NCBI GenBank assembly: GCA_964542755.1
Contig: CAZIWL010000004.1
Location: 20,916-84,915, forward strand
Reading direction: 5' to 3'
Length of the DNA: 64,000 bases
Source: an uncultured Anaerolineales bacterium
Lineage (GTDB): Bacteria > Chloroflexota > Anaerolineae > B4-G1
Shown: positions 48,141-54,490 of the stretch, piece by piece
How positions within the stretch are numbered: position 1 is the first letter of the stretch
Layout: each line of letters starts with the position of its first letter
The notes under the pieces: model-generated
Told to the model about the DNA's origin: nothing
Databases searched by the model: none
What the model saw: only the letters and a program-made list of their open reading frames with translations
Made by a program: the position numbers and the translations under genes

Positions 48141-49134
48141 CGATCCGCGGCGGCCAGTCTATCTTCGGACAAAAGGGTTGGGCGAGAACGTCCCGGTCGA
48201 TGGCCGCGTTGGGCCAGCGGCTGACGAGTATCCGTCCCTCCGCGCCCAGGGACGGTCGCGGGTCGACCTGGATAGAGAAGTCAACAAACTCATCCCACGA
48301 GCCCGCGAACCTGCGAGGCCAGTCCTGTGCTGATGGATGATCCAGATCGAGGCGGCCCTCCTCACTAAGACGATCATACGCGTCGTGCATCGCCCACGCA
48401 ATGCTCTCAGCGTCAAGAGCCTCCCAACCTAGAAGAAGCGACCCGTGTTTCCCCCACTGTACGCCGATCCAGGGGCGTCCATGGTGTCGGTTTGCATCGG
48501 CGGCCGCGGTCATGGTGGTCAAGAGGTGACCGTGGAAGTAGGCGTAGACGGCCGTCACCTGGAGGCTGGTCTGGTCGTATGCCACCCAGATGACTTCATG
48601 ATCCGATGGCTCACCATCCCCTGGGTAGTCGATGTCGTCCCCCCAGAAAAGATGATAGCCCACGAGCGGGCGAGTTGGATGCAGTACCGCGACAGCGTCC
48701 TCCAGGGGGAAGTACTCGGTCGGAGTGACGAAAAGACGGGGAGTGTAGCGGAGCGCTCGCTCCCGTTGCTCTGCGGAAGGTGCCGCGGGAGGTTCCAGTT
48801 TCAGAAGGTGCCGGTATGTTTCGCTAGCAGCCTGGAGTTGGCCGCGGTTGTGGTGGGCCGCGGCCAGGCTGTTTAGGGCACCGGGATTGGTCAGATCGCG
48901 GCTCTCGCGGGCTGGGGATACGGGCGTTCGCATGCACCCGCCCAGCGACGAAACCGCCAGTACCGCCAGCAGTGCGATCAACCTGGCTCGACAGGGATGA
49001 CTCCGCGTCCCGCAGCGTGGTGCGCCAGCGCCCGTCCGTCCGCGCCGACCGAGCTGTATTTCGCGAGGCTCGTCTTGTTGCCGGGGCGCGATCACGTCTC
49101 GTAGAACCCTTTCCGGCTCCAGTCCTCTTCCCAT
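48115..49134 (-). CDS. hypothetical lipoprotein (start uncertain)
   Basis: Lipobox segment LIALLAVLAVSSLGGC. The track start at 49134 would overlap the radical SAM gene by 43 nt, so the real start is probably further downstream (candidate TTG). No recognised domain. Confidence 0.5.
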   Translation of the reverse strand: MGRGLEPERVLRDVIAPRQQDEPREIQLGRRGRTGAGAPRCGTRSHPCRARLIALLAVLAVSSLGGCMRTPVSPARESRDLTNPGALNSLAAAHHNRGQLQAASETYRHLLKLEPPAAPSAEQRERALRYTPRLFVTPTEYFPLEDAVAVLHPTRPLVGYHLFWGDDIDYPGDGEPSDHEVIWVAYDQTSLQVTAVYAYFHGHLLTTMTAAADANRHHGRPWIGVQWGKHGSLLLGWEALDAESIAWAMHDAYDRLSEEGRLDLDHPSAQDWPRRFAGSWDEFVDFSIQVDPRPSLGAEGRILVSRWPNAAIDRDVLAQPFCPKIDWPPRIGDQESPDD

Positions 49135-50495
49135 GCCTTGTCTGCAAGGGCCTTGTACGACTCTGCGAAGCCGAGCAGTTGATCAAAGTGGTCGTAGTAG
49201 AGGCTGAGGGCCCCGGGATGGGTCGGATGAGCATCGTGCCTTTCTATCAGGTCCCGGGCAACCCATGGAGAGTCGATGATCATACAGGGGCGTAGGTGAT
49301 TGCTGTCGTAGGGCTGTCGTGCCCTGATGTCCTTGAAGAGCGGGCTCTTGAGAGCCGCAAGAAGGGTCGTGTCGCGAACGTTGTCCGTTGCGAAATGGGT
49401 GAAGACGCACGGCTCGATGTCGCCTCGAGCGTTAATGTGAAAGTACCGGCGCCCGCCGGAGATGCACCCTCGGACATACGGCCCATCGTTCCAGAAATCA
49501 ATGATCAACAGGGGCAGGTGGCTGCGTATGTCCCGCAGTGAGCTCCTAAGGAAGTCTCGTTGATCTGGGGAGAGCATGGATGAGAAGTCTCCGGACCCAT
49601 CCACCGGGACGTACATGAAGTAGTAGTTCACCAAGGCACCTTGGTCGACCAAGAACTCCAAGAAGCGGAAAGAAGTGACCTCTTTGAGGTTCTGTCGGGT
49701 GACGGTTACCGAGGTCCCGAAGGGCACCTTCGCTTTTCGCAGGTGCCCGAAAGTGGTCAGGATTCTCTCGAAGACCCCGGATCCTCGCCTCGTGTCGGTG
49801 TTCTGCTGGAAGCCCTCTATGCTGATCAGGACCAGTACGTTTCCCATCTCTGCCAGCCTCTCCGCGGTCTGCGGAGTGATCAAGGTCCCGTTGGTATAGA
49901 TGTGAAAGAAAAAGTGAGGATACCTTTGGATGACGTCCAGCGTGTGCGGATAGAGGAAGGGTTCGCCGCCGCTGAGGACAATCAGAAAGATGCCAAGTTC
50001 CTCACATTCTTTGAGGATTCTATCTAGGAGGCGATGGGAGAGTTCGTCGACTCGATCGTACCCACTGGCGTAGCATCCACGGCATTTCAGATTGCACGCG
50101 TTGGTCGGGCTCAGAACCAGGAGGATCGGGAAATTGGTGATCCCGTGCTCCGCGGTCAGTCGTTTTCGTCGCTCGTGACCCCAGATCCAGCAGTTGTAGA
50201 GAAGCGTCTGGAAGAGCCGCTGCCGACCGTAAGCGGACATAGAGCCCATTGCTCGCTCGAAGAATGCCGCCGCCGGGTGCTCGGGGTTCTCCAGCATCTC
50301 TAGCACGCCAGCGACGAAGCAATTGAGTTCGTCGTGTCGTGAGAAGGATCGAATCAGTCGCAGCAACTCGGTGATATTCCCGCTCCTCGGGACGGCCAGC
50401 TTGCTCAAGATATGGCCGATAGTCTGATGGCTCAGCTTGACGGAGGCGTCTCGGATATCCTTCAGTGGTTGCATCGTTCGCTCCCGAGAGAACAT
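49092..50495 (-). CDS. radical SAM enzyme with a Cys-containing C-terminal auxiliary (SPASM/twitch-like) region, immediately downstream of the ether-lipid genes
   Basis: CX3CX2C in CNLKCRGCY followed by the GGEPFLYP glycine-rich SAM motif. C-terminal Cys residues at CEELG, GCISGG, GDIEPCVF and LRPCMI. An N-terminal extension of about 125 aa lacks the B12-binding signature. Confidence 0.85.
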   Translation of the reverse strand: MFSRERTMQPLKDIRDASVKLSHQTIGHILSKLAVPRSGNITELLRLIRSFSRHDELNCFVAGVLEMLENPEHPAAAFFERAMGSMSAYGRQRLFQTLLYNCWIWGHERRKRLTAEHGITNFPILLVLSPTNACNLKCRGCYASGYDRVDELSHRLLDRILKECEELGIFLIVLSGGEPFLYPHTLDVIQRYPHFFFHIYTNGTLITPQTAERLAEMGNVLVLISIEGFQQNTDTRRGSGVFERILTTFGHLRKAKVPFGTSVTVTRQNLKEVTSFRFLEFLVDQGALVNYYFMYVPVDGSGDFSSMLSPDQRDFLRSSLRDIRSHLPLLIIDFWNDGPYVRGCISGGRRYFHINARGDIEPCVFTHFATDNVRDTTLLAALKSPLFKDIRARQPYDSNHLRPCMIIDSPWVARDLIERHDAHPTHPGALSLYYDHFDQLLGFAESYKALADKAWEEDWSRKGFYET

Positions 50496-50610
50496 CTTGA
50501 TGGGCCTTGCCCGGCAGGTTCGTAGTCCTCAACTGCATGCCGTCGGCGAAACAGCACCGGGGACGTGGCTCGTTTCCGCCGGTGACCGGAAGCGAGCCAG
50601 CGACTGGGGC

Positions 50611-51375
50611 CTAGGAGCGGCGCCAGTGGATCTGATCGGAGAAGGCGCGCAGGGTGCTTGGCGCCAACGAGCGCTCGATGACTGTCCCGATGACCACCAT
50701 GTCTGCCCCCGCTTCCAACTTCTGTCTCGCAGTTTGCGGATCCCTGATCCCTCCGCCTACCAGGATTGGGAGGCTGACTCGTTCTCTGACAGCAGCAATC
50801 ATAGCGTCCGGCACAGGGTTGGAGGCCCCGCTTCCCGCTTCAAGATAGACGGCCTTCATGCCTAGCTGCTGGGCGGCCAGGGCGTGTACCATGGCGATCT
50901 CGGGCTTGTCCCGCGGGATCGGTTTGACGCCGCTGAAGAACTCGGCGGATGTTATCGTGTCAGACGCGATGAGCAAGTAGGCCGTGGGGATAGACTCAAG
51001 GTTGCATCGGTCGATCCATAGGGCACTTCTGACCTGCTCGCCGATGAGATACTCAGGGTTCCGGCCGCTGACCAGGCTGAGGAGAAGGATGGCATCGAAA
51101 TCTGGAGAGATCTGCGCGGCCGGGCCGGACGCGCCCGGAAAGAGGATCAGTGGGCAATCCACCGACGCACGGATCGTTGCCACTGTCTTGTGAAGCTGGT
51201 CGGTAAATAGAAAGCTACCCCCCACCAGGATGGCATCCGCACCCGCTGCCGCAGCGTGCCGGGCGAAAGCCATGGCGTCATCTCCGGCCTGCTTGTCGGG
51301 GTCGTTGAGGGCCAGGAAGACGGCGCCTTTCTGGGCGATGGCGTCGAGCAGGTACTCGTAGACACTCACAGCCAT
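50611..51375 (-). CDS. geranylgeranylglyceryl-phosphate synthase / PcrB family prenyl-glyceryl-phosphate synthase
   Basis: PcrB/GGGPS TIM-barrel motifs FLALNDPDK, ILVGGS, YLEAGSG and VGGGIRD, aligning with B. subtilis PcrB (LDPNK, IIGGS, YLEYSG, YGGGIKD). Confidence 0.85.
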   Translation of the reverse strand: MAVSVYEYLLDAIAQKGAVFLALNDPDKQAGDDAMAFARHAAAAGADAILVGGSFLFTDQLHKTVATIRASVDCPLILFPGASGPAAQISPDFDAILLLSLVSGRNPEYLIGEQVRSALWIDRCNLESIPTAYLLIASDTITSAEFFSGVKPIPRDKPEIAMVHALAAQQLGMKAVYLEAGSGASNPVPDAMIAAVRERVSLPILVGGGIRDPQTARQKLEAGADMVVIGTVIERSLAPSTLRAFSDQIHWRRS

Positions 51376-52262
51376 CCTCCCAAGTCAATCCCGCGGGAGA
51401 GCCCGATAAGCAGGAAGAGGAAGATGTAGAGGTACATGGCGGCCTTCGTCCAGCGCTGGACGCGGCCGGCGATTGCCGGGGTGCCGAGCGTGAGCCGGGT
51501 TGCCGTCCAGAGGACGAGGATGTTGATGAGCGACGCTCCGACTACGTAGAAGGGGGCGAACGGACCAGGGTAACGCGAGAGATAGGTGACGGGGACGGCC
51601 AATAGGAGGAGCAGTCCTGCCACGCGGCAGGATGACGAGGCGCCAATCAGCATAGGAAGACTGCCGACGCGGGTGGTGCTGTCCCCCGTTAGGTCTTCGA
51701 CATCCTTCACAATCTCGCGGGAAAGGGTGGCCATGAAGATGCACGCGGACCACGGCACGGTGGCCAGGAGATTGTCTTGAGCGAATCCACCGATCATAGC
51801 GTTGTTGGCAGCAAGCGTGGCTATCACGAGGTTACCCAAGAGACCGCTGGATCGCTTGACCTTCCAAGAGTAGAGGAAGAGGAGCATGGCTGCGACGGAG
51901 GCACTGGCGAGCGCCGCCTTGTTGATCGGAAGGAAGAGGATCGGGGCGGTGATCAAGAGGGTTAGGGCGTAGGTGCGCGCGGCCGGGCGAGCGATGAGAC
52001 CGGCTGGAAGAGCACGATCTGGATGGGCGAGTCTGTCCGTGGCGTGGTCGAAGACGTCGTTGAGGGCATAGCCGCCGGCGGCAACGAGCATGGAGCCCGC
52101 GACGGTCAAAGGCACGGAGGTGGGATGCGAGGAACGGCCCATCGCGAGAAGGGAAGAGGCGAGCGCCAGGATCCCCACGCCGAGGCAGTTGAGGGGGCGA
52201 GAGAGCATGATGAGGGGAGGGGCGATGCTACGTATCACGGCGGCGTCCAAGCGAAGGCCCAC
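51366..52262 (-). CDS. UbiA-family prenyltransferase (DGGGP synthase-like)
   Basis: Asp-rich motifs NDVFDHATD (NDxxDxxxD) and KDVEDLTGD. Eight or nine TM helices. It overlaps the GGGPS gene by 10 nt. Confidence 0.85.
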   Translation of the reverse strand: MGLRLDAAVIRSIAPPLIMLSRPLNCLGVGILALASSLLAMGRSSHPTSVPLTVAGSMLVAAGGYALNDVFDHATDRLAHPDRALPAGLIARPAARTYALTLLITAPILFLPINKAALASASVAAMLLFLYSWKVKRSSGLLGNLVIATLAANNAMIGGFAQDNLLATVPWSACIFMATLSREIVKDVEDLTGDSTTRVGSLPMLIGASSSCRVAGLLLLLAVPVTYLSRYPGPFAPFYVVGASLINILVLWTATRLTLGTPAIAGRVQRWTKAAMYLYIFLFLLIGLSRGIDLGGWL

Positions 52263-52720
52263 TGCGCCAGGAGGAGCAGGGAGAGTAGGTGGACGAAGGG
52301 GAAATCCTGCAAGAGCGTCCCGATCGATACCATCTGGCGCATTGTCGAGACCTGACCGGCCCGCAACGCAGACGGGCGTTGACGCGCGGCATATCGGACG
52401 ATCCAGAGCGTCTTGGGGATCACCCAGAGTGTGATGAGCAGGGTGGACAGGGTGCCGGGGTAACTGGCGAAATAGGCCGTGTACACCACGAACTCGGCGA
52501 ACATGTCCATAGCGCGGTCGGTTTGGGGCGAGTCTTGTCCTTGCCTGCGCGCGACGGCGCCGTCAGCGCTGTCGAGAATGAGCGCCATGAAGAGGAGACC
52601 GACGGCGGCCCCCGGTCGATGGAGAAGGATGGTCAGTGCGGAGGCGAAGCACATCCAGCCGCGCAGCCGTGAGATCTCATTTGCCGGCAGCGGAATGAAG
52701 GCGAGGAGTTGGTCGGCCAC
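52235..52720 (-). CDS. CDP-alcohol phosphatidyltransferase family protein (small; start uncertain)
   Basis: The signature DSADGAVARRQG...TDRAMD matches D-x2-DG-x2-AR...D-x3-D with a degenerate middle. The start is placed at GTG 52720 because the upstream part of the track ORF (to 53062) is occupied by the YdjM-like gene. An ATG at 52654 is an alternative start. Confidence 0.6.
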   Translation of the reverse strand: MADQLLAFIPLPANEISRLRGWMCFASALTILLHRPGAAVGLLFMALILDSADGAVARRQGQDSPQTDRAMDMFAEFVVYTAYFASYPGTLSTLLITLWVIPKTLWIVRYAARQRPSALRAGQVSTMRQMVSIGTLLQDFPFVHLLSLLLLAQWAFAWTPP

Positions 52721-52740
52721 CTTCTTGCGCTGACCCGTTG

Positions 52741-53187
52741 CTAGGCTACGGAGATGAGCAAGGATGCTCCGATGACCCCTGCCTCCTGTATGAATCGTAT
52801 CCAGAACTTCCTCCCAAGGGGCTGGTCCGCCGGGTTGCCAAAGTTGATCCTTGTGGGATCCGCGTAGATGAGTCGGAATGGAATACTCACACCGGAGATG
52901 AAGTCCAGAAAGAGGTGCACAGCCACGCAGAGGAGAAAGAGGCTGCCTGTCTGGCGGTGGAGGAGGGTCATGAGCAGTCCCGCAGTGCCATAGATGGTGG
53001 CCCCGAAGAGCCCGTGCATAAAGGTCTGAGATGTCTCGAACCCGTTGACCTGGAGTTTCCATCTCGCGGCGCTCGGCAGATGGTCGAGATCTGGCATCAC
53101 CGAGAAGGCGACGGATGCTGGAAGATAGCCGGAAGGGAAGAATTGGCTCAGTGCAATGCCGACAGCAACGTGGGTTACGATGTTCAC
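52741..53187 (-). CDS. YdjM/DUF457-like membrane-bound metal-dependent hydrolase
   Basis: The N-terminus MNIVTHVAVGIAL...MPDLDHLP is the YdjM family pattern (His/Asp metal ligands in TM-embedded segments). 148 aa. Confidence 0.6.
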   Translation of the reverse strand: MNIVTHVAVGIALSQFFPSGYLPASVAFSVMPDLDHLPSAARWKLQVNGFETSQTFMHGLFGATIYGTAGLLMTLLHRQTGSLFLLCVAVHLFLDFISGVSIPFRLIYADPTRINFGNPADQPLGRKFWIRFIQEAGVIGASLLISVA

Positions 53188-53199
53188 GGGCGATAGGGT

Positions 53200-54339
53200 T
53201 CAGAAAACGTTGAGAACAAATTGAGCAAACCTATCGTGACGACGCATGGCCTGAATCACGCGATCCAGAACGCCAGGAACACTAAGGAGTCGCTGAGCGA
53301 CAGCCTCTCTTTCCAGTTGCCTGCCGATGGCAGCACGGCAGTGACGGTCGAATCGACGGAGTTCCTGGTAGGTGCCTCCATCGCTCCCCAAAGCGTCGTG
53401 AACCACGGCAGCGGCTGTGCGACCGCTCTCAAGAGCGTTGTAGATCCCCCCACCTGTCAAGGGACTCACGAAGAACCCGGCGTCACCGACGATCAACGCG
53501 CCCGGGTAGCTTCTCCGCACTCTTCCCGAGGCGAGAGGCAGCAGTCCACTGGAGGCCCTTCCGATCTGCTCGGCACCAGAGAACCGCGCCGCCAAGTAGC
53601 GGCCGTGGACGAATGTCTCAAAGGCCTTCCTCAGAGACACCCGATCCTTGCGCGCGACGTCAAGACGCAGCCCCACCCCCACGTTGGCCCGGCCGTCGCC
53701 AAGGGGGAAAATCCAGGCATAGCCCGGCAGCGTGGACTGGTTGAAGAAGAACTCCGCACGCCCACGAGATTCCACGCCTTCAAAGTAGGCTCGCCGGGCA
53801 ATGGCCGCGTGTCGCGAACTGGGGCGGTCGGGCTGGAGCCGTCGGGCCAGAGTGGAGGTGGCGCCGTCGGCGATGATTGTGATCCGGGCTCGACGGTCCG
53901 CGGTCTTCCCGTTGGTTGAGCCTCGCACTCCTCGGACGAGGCCGTCCTCCACGATGGGCTGGGTAGCACGAAAGCGCTCAAAACGCGCCCCTTCTTCCAA
54001 AGCCTTCTGCCACAGAATGTGGTCGAGGCGCTGCCGATGCAGGACGTAGCCGTGGCGAGAACGCCCGTTCTTCTGGGGAAACGCGCCCTCATACGTGTGA
54101 CCGGATGGGGATACGCCCAGCACGTGGTGGCAGCTGTAGAGGGCCTCTGTCTGGCCCTCGAGATCGATGTCAAGCTCGGACAGCAGTCGGAGTGTGTTCC
54201 AGCCTATGCCGTCACCGCAGACCTTCGGGCGGGGAAACTCAGCCTGGTCCAGGAGTGTAACCGGAACGCTGTGTCGCGCCAGGACCATGGCCGCCGCGCT
54301 GCCCGCCGGGCCGGCGCCAACAACCAGGACCCCATCCAT
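53200..54339 (-). CDS. geranylgeranyl reductase family FAD-dependent oxidoreductase
   Basis: FAD motif VVGAGPAGSAAA, then KVCGDGIG, and the GGR-family C-terminal motif LIVGDAGFFVSPLTGGGIYNALESG. Confidence 0.85.
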   Translation of the reverse strand: MDGVLVVGAGPAGSAAAMVLARHSVPVTLLDQAEFPRPKVCGDGIGWNTLRLLSELDIDLEGQTEALYSCHHVLGVSPSGHTYEGAFPQKNGRSRHGYVLHRQRLDHILWQKALEEGARFERFRATQPIVEDGLVRGVRGSTNGKTADRRARITIIADGATSTLARRLQPDRPSSRHAAIARRAYFEGVESRGRAEFFFNQSTLPGYAWIFPLGDGRANVGVGLRLDVARKDRVSLRKAFETFVHGRYLAARFSGAEQIGRASSGLLPLASGRVRRSYPGALIVGDAGFFVSPLTGGGIYNALESGRTAAAVVHDALGSDGGTYQELRRFDRHCRAAIGRQLEREAVAQRLLSVPGVLDRVIQAMRRHDRFAQFVLNVF

Positions 54340-54346
54340 GAAGCCA

Positions 54347-54375
54347 TTCTATCATGGGTGCGTGGGGTCGTCAAT
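54347..54375 (-). promoter_or_regulatory. promoter TTGACG-N17-TAGAAT ending 7 nt upstream of the GGR ATG (leaderless mRNA predicted)
   Basis: Minus-strand reading: TTGACG (54375-54370), a 17-nt spacer, TAGAAT (54352-54347), then GGCTTC and ATG at 54339. There is no room for a Shine-Dalgarno sequence. Confidence 0.45.
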
Positions 54376-54490
54376 TGGCAATCGAGGTTGAAGGACAAAG
54401 CGCGGTACCTGGCTCCGCTACTGTGAGGCCGAGATGTCACCGGGTGCTTCTCAACCCCTCAGCTCGGCGCCCTCTTCGGCGCGCAGGAGG

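Noticed and set aside
50496-50610. Possible short RiPP precursor peptide between the GGGPS and radical SAM genes
   Set aside because: The only ORF starting here (ATGCAG...) runs out of frame into the radical SAM gene as a 172-aa shadow (track ORF 50020-50538). There is no compact Cys/Ser/Thr-rich peptide with its own RBS, so a peptide-maturase interpretation is not supported.
52235-53062. Full-length 275-aa reading of the CDP-alcohol phosphatidyltransferase ORF
   Set aside because: The first roughly 110 codons are Pro/His/Arg-rich and non-membrane-like, and overlap the well-formed YdjM-like gene in another frame. The real gene is probably the distal 145-160 codons.
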